From Nymphaea colorata (taxonomy: Eukaryota): 64,000 nt of DNA. Location: NCBI RefSeq assembly GCF_008831285.2, contig NC_045138.2, positions 5,766,001-5,830,000 on the forward strand, in the 5' to 3' direction. Within the stretch, counting starts at the first letter, position 1; each line of letters opens with the position of its first letter. Both the position numbers and the translations under genes were made by a program. Positions 27,740 to 39,944 of the stretch are shown here, piece after piece. A model generated the notes under the pieces. The model made no database searches, was not told the origin of the DNA, and saw only the letters and a program-made list of their open reading frames with translations.

Positions 27740-29930
27740 GATTGTAATAATAAATTAATAATAACAAATAAATATTCTCACTGCACCTAATTTTTTGGGA
27801 ATGTCCCGTTCCGACACCCGCACCTGCACCCCGCATCTATGTGACGTAGCATAATAGGCACTTGCTTGGGAAATTCTGTTTTCTCTTGTTTTAAAGATCA
27901 GACTACTCTTTGCTGATATGCAAATCCAGAAGTAGATCTTATATCATGAAGAGTTGCAGGTCCAACCGATCTGCATATAGATTCGTGCATGAAAGAGATC
28001 AAGTGTGGAAAACCTTACCTCGAGCTGGCATGTCAGTCCACGTGTTTAAATGCCTTGGGTCCACGTCATTAAGGTCTTTGATGTACTTGTGAATGTGCAC
28101 TGAATGTGTTGGTTGCATCATAGAGCTAGAGCACATTATTTCTTTGACTGGGTTTCAACTGGATACAAATTCATTAAATTTTTGGATTTTTGTTAGCCGC
28201 TAAATTTTCACCTGTTAATGTGAAGTACCATAGTAGGTATTGGGAACATAAATTGACCGGATTGTAGTTCTATAAATATTCTTGACTATGTCACAGGGTG
28301 CTTCTAAATGGCGACCGCACCCGTGCACTGAACCGGGCCAAAATTGACCATTTTAAATGTGCACATAAATAAACTATCTCTAACACAAAAATTTTATATG
28401 TAAATATAGATAGATAAGGCTAATAAGCAGTTAAATAACTATGTAACAAATGATTTATGTACATAGATATACTATATACATCTTCACTGCACCCACACCT
28501 AAACTTTTTTTGAAAATTGCCGCACCAGCACCTGCACCCCCCATATGATGTGGATTCTTGCTCTCTTTCACAAAAGTAGAGGGTTGATCTGTAGTAGATT
28601 CTGGGTATGTGATGTTGAAGAACATGCATAGTGCAGACTCAATGATTTGACTTTTTTTCTTCAGATTCTCTGGAGAATGTCCTATCATTCCCTTAAACAA
28701 TTCTAGGGAACCCAAACAGTTTTTGTATTTGGTGAGATTATATAAAGGTGGATGTGAATGCAGAAAATAATTCTTTGAATTGTCCTTTGTTTTCCATTGC
28801 TTTTTTTTTTAAAAGATGGGATGTTCCAAAACCTTCCAAGTGGAGACTTGGTCCGCAAGCTTCCGACCTTGAGATCTCCAAATGGAGTTAAAATGTATAC
28901 ATCTATATGATCCCATTCTGATCCCACTCTGAACTTGTCGAAGGAAACAGAGAATCTGCTTCCTGTGTCATTGGTAGCTGCTCTTCAACATCCACTTTTG
29001 TAGTCATTTTATGTTTAGTTTCTATTTCCCTTGTGAGCAGTACTTTATAGATCTTTTCTTTGAAATGCAGGCATTCCGTGATGTCTAAATCTTTATATTC
29101 TTTCTCTAGAAGGAGTTGGGACACTTGCAGTTCCTTTTTGCCTAGTCTTCAGTCTAACAACATTAAATACATATCCAGTATGCATATTGTTGCATTTCTA
29201 TTGTTTTGTATTGGCATTTGGCGTGCAAAAGTCATATAGGGCCATCTAGAGCTGGGAAGCCATATGTCATATAAGCAATCATCAATAAATCTTTAACAGA
29301 GTACCTCTTGATGCTGTACTTTCACTTACTGTTGTCAAGGACAGAAACATTTTGGTAGATCATCGGTGTGAGAGAAAACTTAAAAAGCAAATATTGTGCT
29401 TCTTGCAAACTATCCATGGGGTTTTACCCTGTGCAAGATTAGGTGGTTTTGTTCTATTGTTAACTGATTGAGGATTAATGCAGCTGAAACGAATTGAGCT
29501 CAAGCTGAAGCAGATTGGTGAAATAGAGACTCTGCTGTTGAAGGAATGTGATCAGGTTGAGAGGGCTAGACAGAGAATTGCAGCTGACCGTGCACGCCTT
29601 CTATCAAGTCGATTTGCTGGACCTGTATCTTCCCCTCTTCCCACAGTGGGAGCAGCAGCAGCAGTCACAACCAGTAATCGGCCAGTGATGCCAGCTTCAG
29701 CACCACAACCAACAGTTCCTGCTTTTAATCAGCAAGTGAATCATCCAGCAATGTCTTTCATGCCTCGGCAGCCAATGTTTGCTTTTGGTCCTCGTGTTCC
29801 ACTCTCTGCTTTGCATCCACCACCACCTGTGCCAACTGGGCCTGTCATGGTTAATTCCCCATCTCCAAATCCTAGCGTTTCTCATTCCATGTTGAGACCT
29901 GTTTCTGGTACTAACACAAATGTAAATTAA
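14740..29930 (+). CDS. SWI3C: SWI/SNF chromatin-remodelling complex subunit SWI3C (SWIRM, ZZ-like Cys region, SANT/Myb, SWIRM-associated, Pro-rich tail), ~780 aa
   Basis: GT-AG exons 14740-14770, 15438-15956, 16191-16732, 19081-19441, 19557-19630, 23470-23612, 23861-23919, 23988-24154, 29484-29930 total 2343 nt, in frame. Motifs: 'FLENISHGQLQVLS', SWIRM 'DWFS..KIHRLERQVVP..RIVRFLDQWGIINY', SANT 'WTDHETLLLLEALEIHNDNWNEIAEHVGTKSKAQCIL', 'AAMKAKLFADHEERDIQR', 'QLKRIELKLKQ'. Confidence 0.93.
17968..19025. repeat. Four-copy degenerate tandem repeat (~250-290 bp unit) in SWI3C intron 3
   Basis: Units begin at ~17971, 18232, 18525 and 18772, sharing AAAGCTTGC..GTGGTGGT..CCTGCCAAAGGTT..AAGGATTTAAAATG..AGACAAAC..GAATCTGCACCAGATTGC..TTTGGATTC. 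Confidence 0.85.
21318..21624. mobile_element. AT-rich MITE with CA(A/G)TGTCACAAATA TIRs
   Basis: CAATGTCACAAATA / TATTTGTGACACTG (13/14 match); related copies at 51052-51498 and ~27350-27707. Confidence 0.7.
21625..23240 (-). mobile_element. Old degenerate Ty1/copia RT-RNase H fragment, antisense in SWI3C intron 5
   Basis: Frame-broken motifs KWVEATNDEIETL, TYSPIVRWQTVQIILS, RSIVGILQYLTFTCPNVGYLVNQV, YSDANW, ASWRSKK..ARST. No LTRs seen. Confidence 0.85.
26099..27849. mobile_element. Outer hAT-type MITE of the same TIR family (host of nested insertions)
   Basis: Ends CCATGTCAACA and TGTGACGTAG with GGGTGC/GCACCC subterminal repeats; no TSD found. Confidence 0.55.
26459..27197. mobile_element. 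hAT-type MITE (CTATGTCACA TIR), nested in a related element in SWI3C intron 8
   Basis: TIR CTATGTCACA/TGTGACATAG, perfect 8-bp TSD TATGTAAT, subterminal GGGTAC/GTACCC repeats. Confidence 0.9.
28286..28553. mobile_element. hAT-type MITE (CTATGTCACA family)
   Basis: Left TIR CTATGTCACA, degenerate right TIR; 8-bp TSD ATTCTTGA/ATTCTTGC; GCACC repeats. Confidence 0.75.
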
Positions 29931-32624
29931 AGGCATATAGGTTTCACTTCCTCTCATCTTCCATCCACATTTGGCTCCTGGTGCTAAGGCTTGTGCTTAT
30001 AATGCCTTTATCTTAAATGAGCCAACCATCAGATTTATCAGGAAAATGCTCAAGTTAACTAAAATGATTAAATTTTAGCTTACCACCTACTTCTTTTCTT
30101 GCCTTGTCATAAGCCTGATACATCAAATAGGATATGCAACGAACTGGAAGCTGAATTAGGCAGATTGAATCTAGGCATTCGTCTAATAGGAATAAACAAT
30201 TCTTCAAAGTAGTTGACTACTGCATAATTCTGTATATTGGAGCTACCGTGCAGTTTTGTTTCAAAAATTCGTTTCAAGGAATCTCTATGGTTGAATATCT
30301 AATCTACAGAATGGTTGTTGAAGTGTTGCAAAAATGGATGGATTCATGTTATCAACGCAAATATGGTGAGTGTCATCATTATCATTGTCATTGCCAATCT
30401 GTATCTTTACTACATACGTTCAGCTTTATCAACCCTAATTCTCCATACTTTGATATTGATGGATGGTTATTTTACTAGAAGGTTTTAAAATATTTGTGCA
30501 TGCGGATACAAATTGGAGCTGCTGTGCAGGTATGTTTCATGTTCTATTCAAATGAATTTCTATGACTGTTTGATCTACTGTTCAATGAGATTTTGAAAAT
30601 TAGTAACTCCATGTACTTGATGGTGGAACGTAATCATTATGTCGCTGATATGCCATCCCAACTACGTGCAATTGATTTAAAAATTTCCTAGTTCTTCACT
30701 CTTTAACTAAGGAGATGTCTTGATATTTCCCTTGAAGTCAACTTATCTTTTTGAACTTCGATTATTGTTCTTTTGTTATGTGGTACAAATATCTGATGAT
30801 TTTCACTCACTGTCTCTCTCTCTCTCTCTCCCCAACCGTGTGTGTAGTGTATCTGGCAAGACCTCTGGCGCGTGAATGGCATGGCTTAGGTTCAATTTTG
30901 AGGTGCATTATCCTCCAGTCGGTATTGGAGGTTAAGGGCTTAGGTCGATTAACATGGGTATTACCCTCTGGTCGGTATTGGAGGTCAAGGGCTGAGGGTG
31001 CAGTCCTGTGGGCTTTCCGTCCAAGGGTTGTGGTTGCGTCTCTCTCTCTCTCTATCTCTCCCTCATCTGGCTATGTGTAGTGGCCTGTAGTGGCCTCGTC
31101 TCTGACTCGGTGGAATCTGGCGATGTTTTTAATTCAGGAAAAACAAAACGATAAACATGATATCTAATAAAAACAACAGAGCAAATAATTAAAATAATTA
31201 TTTTAGGTCTAATCTCATTTATGTGCCTTGTAGTTGTAGGGGATTGAGTTACACAAACCTGTTGTTAACAATTTTGCCTTTCCACTTTTTTCAATTGTTC
31301 AAAATTAATCTTGGGATTGAAATTGTCAATGTGAATGATTTTCCTTTCAAGGACAGAGGTATTCTTGAAAAAAAAAAACGGAATACGGTAGTACAATAGA
31401 ACATAAATGTTTTCTACAGCTTCATTTTGTTGAGCCGTAAACATGGTTGGTTGGAGTAGCGAAAGGATAAATTTATCTTCAAAGTGCATATCCCAGAGAT
31501 GAATTTGAGAATTGCCTACAAGGCGCAATGATTTACTTGAAACCAAACCTTGCTTTATGCCATCAAAGTTATGACTTGTTTTGTCGCTTGGGGGCGACCA
31601 ACTTGGATGTTGCGTTTGTTACTGTTTGCAGTTGAGAGGAGTAACGGAGCGTGACAGAAATTATGAGATTCGAACCTTGAACCCTTTAATGGGAGCTGCT
31701 TTGTTGCTCGTTTGAGGTGGACATGTTAGCTTGACATGCACTTCAACTATTTCTGGTTACGGCTGTTCTACAGCTGGTACAAGTTGCTTCTCTTACCAGA
31801 AGACTCTTATCTAGTCCCCAACCCAAGGTGAAACAAAACCCTCTATGAACAAAACCAAAACCCACTGACCGTATAGAAATATCCCAAGCAGTATTTATTA
31901 TAATATGGAAGCTTATGTTTATAAACATATCTATTTTCTTCGGAAAATAAGCATGTCAGTCTCTGTATAGATTGCTCTATACTTTTTGGAACTCTTTTGA
32001 ACAGGTTGGCAGACCAGAGAACACATGGGCCAAAAAATTTCCGTCATGTGTAGTTGTCGAATGAACACATCTTCAGGGATATTGGCCAGTGAAGGTGATT
32101 TATATTGGTTGTCCAACATCAATCTTTCAAGGGAACAGATGCTGACAAGTAATGAACATGAAGGTGCAAAATGCATTCCAGTTAAATTATTGAAGTGGTC
32201 TTGAAAACTTTAGTAGAAACTGTAAATATTACCAATGTAAGTAGGGGGTCATTTCATGCCATGTGTTAAGCCCACATGCCCCGTCCTGCTATGAGTGGTG
32301 TGTTCATGTGAGGTAGACCACAAGAAGTGGAAGCTCATCTTTGGCAGGGCTCGTGAGGATGCCAGCCAACAATATCAAGTGGATCTTTTGAACGACAATA
32401 CCTATATCGCAGGAGAATTTATTAGGGGCCCTCTGTCGGGCTGCTCTTCATTCCAGAAAAGTGTTAGCCATTTCCATGGGGAAATCCTTTCCTGTGAAAG
32501 ATATTCCATGTCACACATTGGAAATTTACACAAAAGCAGGACACTTTGGCCCCCCATTGTGGGCAATCTAATCAAGTGATTCAATATAATGAGTTGTTGT
32601 CGTCAATGAAACAAGTCAAATTAA

Positions 32625-32778
32625 GGGGTCGTTTGGTAATAGGAAGAGTAACATGTATTGTTATATGTATTTGTTCCAAAGATTGAGCAAATTCATATAA
32701 CGCTATATTTTATGAATATGGTCCAATCTGTAGGCATATATACAAAATATATGATTGTTCTTATTGCCAAAAGACTCA
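32625..32778. mobile_element. Tourist-like MITE
   Basis: GGGGTCGTTTGGTAAT.. / ..ATTGCCAAAAGACTCA with TAA on both flanks; related ends at ~43095-43129 and 54095-54243. Confidence 0.6.
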
Positions 32779-33025
32779 TAAAGGACATTACTTGAACACT
32801 ACTGCAGAAACATTTGGAGAAAAGATTAAAGTAGCACTTTGTGCTCCAAAACTGAGTTCTTATTATAATGCATGATGACTTAATAGGAGGAGATAACCTG
32901 AAAAGTTGGAAACCCAGTCCTCCTTTCCACCTGCTCCAAGGGTTCATAACTGTTTTGGTTCTTGGATGGAGAGCGATATACCCATCAACTAGAGTGTCAT
33001 GCATCCATTTGCAGTTTAGAACAAG

Positions 33026-33095
33026 CGTTTTCGGGAATTGAACTGACGACTTGACTTTTACTGGTCAATCAGTTCGACCAACTACGCTATGCCCC
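33026..33095 (-). mobile_element. tRNA-derived sequence (SINE head or tRNA pseudogene)
   Basis: A-box TAGCGTAGTTGG, anticodon-like stem TTGAC/GTCAA and B-box GTTCAATTCC at tRNA-like spacing; no acceptor stem. Confidence 0.45.
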
Positions 33096-33885
33096 ATGGG
33101 GTAATGATGACTTAATATGGGATTCACCACAAACGCTAAATTCACAACTTCTCTCGGAGAATGGCTGGATATATGAAGGCTCAATTACCTTTGAATACGA
33201 CTCGCTTCGATCGTGTTGCATAGAAAAAAAAAAGCTTCTCTCCTAGAACCGGTGGATCCAAGCCAAACAATTGTCTCACTCAATTATTATTCATCCATAA
33301 GTTGTAAGTCACATCCACAGGATCACTTTCATGTGATCATCTGATTCAATGGCTTGTGCACACATGCAGGTTCCCACTTCAACTTAAGTACGCTATTTCG
33401 CAGAACCGTCTATATTGGAGATTGTGACTACCACTGAACAAAGTTTTAGGTTGCTGTCACCAGCTGCAATCTAGACCAGAGCTTCTGTGGAGCCAATTAA
33501 CATTGACAAAGCACCAAAGAAGAAACCTTATTATGAATCCAAGACCATAACCAGTTGATCAATTTCAACGTGGTTCTTTCCATTAAACCAACAAAATAAG
33601 CAAAGCAATTCCAGAATGTGAAGCGAAGCGGCCTTCGAAGTAGGTATATTGTGATGACATTCAAGAATTTAGAAGCTGGGTTTCTATAGGAGGCACCAGA
33701 GTCAGGGTGCAGGTGGGCAGCACCCACCTTGACCTGCTACATTGACTGCAATTCGTCTGTGTGCGTGTTTTATGTTTATATTTCTGAAAGATATGTATTA
33801 TTTCCTATAATGGTAATGCTCTTACATATTTAACTCCCTAGATCTGATCAATAAAATTAATTTACAGTGGAAATCAGCTTTCGAG

Positions 33886-34160
33886 CTATGACACATGGGT
33901 GAACCTGGTTATATGCGTCATACCGATCAACTATTATTCGTGCGCTAGTTCACACTGAAAAAGAAAACTTTTTGTAAAGATAAAATTGAAAATGGAAAAA
34001 AGTAAAATTGAAAATGGTTATTTTGGGGCTTGTTTTATTTCTTTTTTCATCTTTTAGGTATATTTTGGTACTTTTATTCAGTAATATTTCATGAATATAT
34101 GTCATTATACCTAAATTTTTGAAAATTCCCCGCACCTGCACCCAGACCCATGTAACATAG
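33886..34160. mobile_element. hAT-type MITE (CTATGTCACA family)
   Basis: TIR CTATGACACATGGGT / ACCCATGTAACATAG; TSD CTTTCGAG/CTTTTGAG. Confidence 0.8.
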
Positions 34161-34939
34161 CTTTTGAGTTGCCAGAATCTCATAAGAACGATCTGTCCCT
34201 TTGATAATCCAAAAATCACAGAAAATGCGTGAACTTTAATATCAAGAAAACTATTCCATTTGGGTGAAAAACACAGAAAAAGTGTATTAGTTGGTTTTAG
34301 TTATGCCAAGTGAAGCAGACGATCTAAGGTGAATCGTTCTTAACAAAGTGGTGACTGCCGAATCAAATGCAATTTGTAAAGTTTACTAATTAGTATCAGA
34401 CACATGAACAATGTTGCTTGACTAGAAGTTTGCCCTTTGATGCTAAAATATTTAAGATAAATTTTGAGGTCACAATGTATATATTATTATAAAAACATAT
34501 CTAACTGTCGTGATAAAGTAATCCAAGTGTTGATATTTCTAAAATTAAGTATATAGATTGCATCCATATGGTTAGATTTGCAAAAAGATATCTAATTAAG
34601 AATATTGGTAGGCACCACTTTGTTGGGCACAATTCACTTTCTACTTTGCGTGTGAACATGTGAATATTTTAGTGCACCATTTAGGGCGAGGCTACCCTGA
34701 AAAGGCCAATGCTTCTCTCTTTTTTTCCTTTTGTCGGAGTCCAAAATTGCTTGGAGACCTGGGTGGGAGCTATACCTGCCAAATAAAGCGTTGTGTATTG
34801 GCACCATTCGATGTACCATCTTTTGTACTGGTGGGAAATGGGACCGTGGGTGACTATTGAGATGAACTGGGGAAATCATAGAAAAGCATGATCAGAATCT
34901 TCTCTTTTTGCTTTTTCTTCTATAGAATCTCTATTATGC

Positions 34940-34991
<52 letters not shown>

Positions 34992-35381
34992 CTGAATGGT
35001 GACTGCCTTTTTGTAGACATACGTTGACATCAAATCAGAGCCATCCGATCTGGATCAGAGGGCGGGCTTAGCTTCTCCTCCTCCTCTCTCTCTTCACTCC
35101 TCTCCCTCTCTTTCTCATCTCTCACATGTTATGAAACTCCCTTCCTCTACCCAGCATGGAGGAGCCCCGGGTCGTCAGTGGTGGAACCGATATGGCTTAA
35201 GAGGCGCTGGGTGGCTCTCGCTGAAGTTGCTGGTGGAGCCCGTGCCCTTTAGTGGCGCTGATTCCGTCCGGCTAGCCAGCCAACGATAGCAGGAGGAGCC
35301 GTTTGGTGGCTCCCATGAGAGACAGAAAGAGGGATTAGGAAGAGAGACAGAGGGAGAGGTAAGGAGGGAGAAAGAGAAAAG

Positions 35382-35821
35382 TGTTGGGATTTCTTCCCAT
35401 AGCGCATATACAAAACCAAATGTATATACTCTAAGCAGGATCATGCTCATGCTAAATCATTGAAATAAACGAAACCTTAAACTGAAGCGGAAGCGTACCT
35501 GAATCCATCTGATCTTTCAGGGTACGTGCGGTGCGCGTGAGGTCTCTCTCAGATGGGGAAGAGAAAACCCTAGAAACCAAAAGCAACTGTTCGCACGACC
35601 CCAGGGACCACTACCATTATATAATGAGGACAATTACAGATTCAACCCATCAAAGAGTCCGTAATTGCGTATTGGTATCTATACATTTCAAAATTACCCC
35701 ATACCATCTAAAATGACGTAATATCCCAAAATGCAATCACTTAAGCGGATATTTACGTTAAGACAGCCATAATGTCTGAAATTCCTCATAGACATATGCC
35801 GGCCCACCAAATGATCTTACA
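35382..35821 (-). repeat. 3' LTR (440 bp)
   Basis: Copy of the 5' LTR with about 10 transitions (counted by eye) and a 28-bp deletion; adjacent to the PPT. Confidence 0.95.
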
Positions 35822-35833
35822 ATCTCCCACTTG
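35822..35833 (-). promoter_or_regulatory. Polypurine tract
   Basis: AAGTGGGAGAT on the - strand immediately before the 3' LTR. Confidence 0.8.
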
Positions 35834-36215
35834 GGCCAAATATGTCTTAATACATTCAGACATTACATAAAACCTTAGGAGCTCATAATTGCTATCTTAT
35901 AAACGTCATTTTCACCAATCTCGTCCATGACCATATCAACACAGAACCAAAGCGGCTTTCGCTATAATAAAAATTAGCTAAACCTTCAATGATCACAAAT
36001 GTTAACATAATCAATGACATAGATCTGATATGGATGTATAGCATGAGAATTACATGTAATGTGATTACAACATGTCTATTCTCAACTGGTCCAACTTTAA
36101 AACCTTATGGAGATCAAAACATAAACACAGAATGGAACCAAAGAACTTTAAACTTTATTCTGCAGAAAACTGAATATGTGTCCATACATTAGAGTAAACA
36201 AAATACAAACTCCCA

Positions 36216-38283
36216 CTAAACCAGCACATCATCTAAGGATAACACCCCCATATGAACAACATGTTCATGAAAGACCTTAGGTGTTAAACCCTTGGTAAGC
36301 GGATCCGCAATCATAGAGTTTGTCCCAATATGCTCTAAAGACACCTGACCATTCTGTATCCCCTTTTTAACAGTCCAAAAACTTAATGTCGATGTGCTTC
36401 GACTTTGACAAACTGTGGCTGTTATAAGAGTACATAACTGCTGAATTATTGTCACACAATAACCTTAGTGGTCTTTCTACACCATTCATAATGCGCAGCC
36501 CCGTGACAAAATTCCGCAACCACAAAGCATGATTGGATGCCTCGTAACATGCTATGAATTATGCTGCCATAGTTGAAGTAGCTACAAGTGTCTGTTTGAC
36601 ACTTTTCCATGATATAGCTCCTCCAGCCAACAGAAATACATAGCCTGAAATAGACTTGCGACTGTCTTGGCATCCAGCAAAGTCAGAATCTGAATACCCA
36701 ATGATCTCCAACTGGTCTGATTTCTTGTATGTGAACATAAAATCTTTTGTTCTTTGTAAGTATCTCAATACTCTTTTGGCTGTTTTCCAATGATCCATAC
36801 CTGGATTACTTAAGTATCTGCCTAACATTCCCACGATAAACGCAATATCCGGACGAGTACAAACCTGAGCATACATAAGGCTTCCCACAACAGACGAATA
36901 GGGAATCCTTTCTATTTCCTTAGATTCGATTTCACTTTTAGGGCACTGTTTGAGACTAAACTTGTCTCCTTTAGTAACTGGAGTATCTCTTGGTTTACAA
37001 TCCTTCATGCCATATCGCTGAAGCACCTTATCAATGTAGGTCTTTTGTGATAATCCAAGAATACCCCGAGAACGATCTCGAAATATTTGGATTCCTAATA
37101 CAAAAGATGCATAACCAAGATCCTTCATGTCAAACTTTGATGACAAAAATTTCTTAGTTTCATGTAATGTGCCCACATCATTACTCGCCAGCAATATATC
37201 ATCGACATATAGAACCAGAAAGATAAATTTACCCCTACTGAACTTATGGTACACACATTCATCAACCATATTGGTCTCAAAGCCAAATGAAACTATAGCT
37301 TGATGAAATTTGTAATACCATTGACGGGAAGCTTGCTTTAGCCCATAGATAGATTTCTTAAGTTTGCAAACCATTTTCTTTGCATTTCCTGAAGCAAAGT
37401 TTTCTAGTTGCACCATATATATTGTTTCATCAATGTCTCCATTTAGAAACGCTGTCTTAACATCCATCTGATGCAGCTCTAAGTCAAAATGAGCCACAAG
37501 TGCCATTATGGTCCTGAAAGAGTCTTTCGACGAAACTGGAGAGAAAGTCTCTGTATAATCAATGCCTTCCTTTTGAGTAAAGCCCTTTGCAACAAGACGT
37601 GCCTTATACATTTCGATGTTTCCTAATGAATCCCTCTTGGTTTTAAATATCCATTTACAACCAATGGGTTTCACACCTTCAGGCAAGGGAACAACATCCC
37701 ATACGTCATTGTCCATCATGGACTTTATTTCCTCACTCATGGCATCTATCCACTTATGAGATTTAGAACTCTTTATTGCTTGCTGGAAGTTAATAGGATC
37801 ATCTTCCATTAAGCCCATATCAACATCATGTTCTTGGAGATCGACAAAATCATTTGAAATTGTATTTCTCCTCTCTCTAATGAATCTCCTCAGTGGCACT
37901 TCTACTTGATTTTCTTGAGGTTGTTGAGTTTGTTCTTCAGTATGGAGATCGACATCATTGCCTTCTTCTGAATATGTTGATGAAACAATTGCAGGAATGA
38001 ATACCTGACTGTTGCTTACAACACCTGTATGAGTGGACTCAGGTCCATCTTCAAAGGCAATGTTTCTAACCTGATCACCTCCCCCAAACTCAATATCCTC
38101 AAAGAAATGGGCATTTCCCGTTTCAAAGAAAGACTTACTGGATGGATTATAAAACTTATAACCCCTTGACCTTTCAGAATACCCAACAAAGTAACAGCTA
38201 ACCGTCTTAGAGTCCAGTTTTCTTTCGCTTGGCCTATATGGCTTTGCTTCAACTGGACATCCCCAAATATGAAAATATCTCAT
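36216..38283 (-). pseudogene. Copia integrase C-terminus, reverse transcriptase and RNase H (nonsense codon and frameshift in RNase H)
   Basis: FHIWGC..CYFVGYSE; RT KARLVAKGFTQKEGIDY, QMDVKTAFLNG, LYVDDILL; RH GYSDSDFAG..ISWKS. TAA at 36559-36561 falls where a Glu codon is expected, and a frameshift near 36378 precedes MIADPLTKGL. Confidence 0.92.
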
Positions 38284-38437
38284 ACTAGGCGTTTTGCCTG
38301 TCCCAAATATGAAAATGTCTCATACTCAGGTCCATTTTCTTTCGCCCGCCCGCCTGCGTGCTGTGTTCGGTTTTTGGACCGGGTCGGGTCCTGTCGGACC
38401 CGACTCGTATCCATGCGGTTTAATTTTAAAGAAACGG

Positions 38438-39944
38438 CTTTAATCATTTTGCCTAATTGATTCTCAACTTCGGCTTTAAATGACTTGAAAACGTCTAAGG
38501 ATTGAGACTTCTCATGAATCAAATACAGGTAACCATAACGAGAATAATCGTCTATGAACATGATAAAATACTGTTGTCCATTCCAACAAGCCGTAGGGAA
38601 TGGACCACAAACATCCGTATGAATCAGTTCTAAGACGTCTGAAGCTCTACTTGCACCTGTTTTCTTAATGTTTATTCGTTTTCCCTTTATACATTCTATG
38701 CAAACATTAAAGTCTGCAAAATCAAGGGACCCAAGAATTCCATTTGACATAAGCCTTCTTATTCTCTTTTCAGAGATATGTCCTAAGCGCCTATGCCATA
38801 ACATAGCAAAATTCTCATTGGCTAATTGTCCTTTAGTACCACTGGATGTAACATGCAAGGTCTCATGATATGAAGCAACTGTATCAAGCAAATAGAGGTT
38901 ATCGCTACTAGATAAAGAACCAGTGACAATCAAATTTGAATGCAGAAACAACTTGAATTTATTTCCTCCAAAAGAACAATAGTAACCAAATTTGTCCAAT
39001 GAGGAAATAGAAACTAGATTCCGTCTAAAAGACGGCACCACATAAGTTTCTGTCAAATTCAAATAACAACCAGTCTTTAACAATAACCGAAAATCTGCTA
39101 TGGCTTCAACTTTTGCCTTCTTGCCATCGCCCACATAGATGAATCTTTCAGCATCATTTGACGTTCGACAATTTAGGCAGTCTTGCATAGAGACACTTAT
39201 GTGAGTAATAGCACCTGAATCTACCCACCAAGTGTTTCCGGGTACTGAAGTTAAATTAACCTCAGAACAAAACAAAGTGAGAAGTGTATCATTCTTTTCA
39301 CGCCATGCGTGAAACTTAGTACAATCCTTCTTTATATGACCTTTACCCTTACAAAAGAAGCAGCCTAAAAGGCCTTCCTTATGCTTCTTCTGTTTCTTAA
39401 CGGATGATTGGTCAATGGCAACTTCTATAACTGTCTTTCTTTTCTTACTTATAAGAATCGAATCATTTATCTCAATAATAGTACTCAAATTTGCAAATAT
39501 CATGGAAACAGAACTCACTGTATAAAGAACAAACCAAAATACCAAACATGCTCACAATCAATACATGTACAAAGATGAAATAACAAATATAAATGAATTT
39601 AAACATAATGGCCCAAAACCCATCACAAGGTACCGGTGCAACGCTAATATCCAATCTTTGGATTGAAATATTAACTGCAAGTGGCATTCTTGGTCAACAA
39701 TGAATATAGATAATTAACCCTGTCAAACAACGAACCTATCTTTGGATTGACTCGCTATTCACATGGAAAGCTGAAAAATTATCACACATTCATTGCCCTG
39801 TATACTTAAACCTGACCAAACAACAATCCTCCTTTGGGCTGATCATTGTTCGCATGGATCAAGTATACTATCATCTAATATTTAAAACAAGCAAATTCGT
39901 ACAACAGAGGTCACTTTGGCGACATAAAATACAAACTTACTCAT
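38438..39944 (-). pseudogene. Copia gag (internally deleted), protease and N-terminal integrase; putative intron 39518-39940
   Basis: Zinc knuckle CFFCKGKGHIKKDC, protease WWVDSGAITH, GAG-pre-integrase LWHRRLGHIS, integrase LELIHTDVCGPF..FIDDYSRYGY. The integrase breaks off at KMIKAV (38437). ATGA|GTAAGT donor and TTTATACAG acceptor give an in-frame start. Confidence 0.85.

Noticed and set aside
30912..30993. Two 29-bp palindromic direct repeats with a 24-bp spacer (CRISPR-like)
   Set aside because: Only two copies, plant nuclear context, no cas genes; a local duplication.
35531..35716. Near-identical small ORFs in both LTRs (also 42107-42334)
   Set aside because: Duplicated because the LTRs are duplicated; no coding signature.
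38280..38437. Novel C-terminal peptide SLKLNRMDTSRVRQ.. in the 421-aa ORF
   Set aside because: Read-through of inverted leader DNA created by the rearrangement, not an evolved domain.
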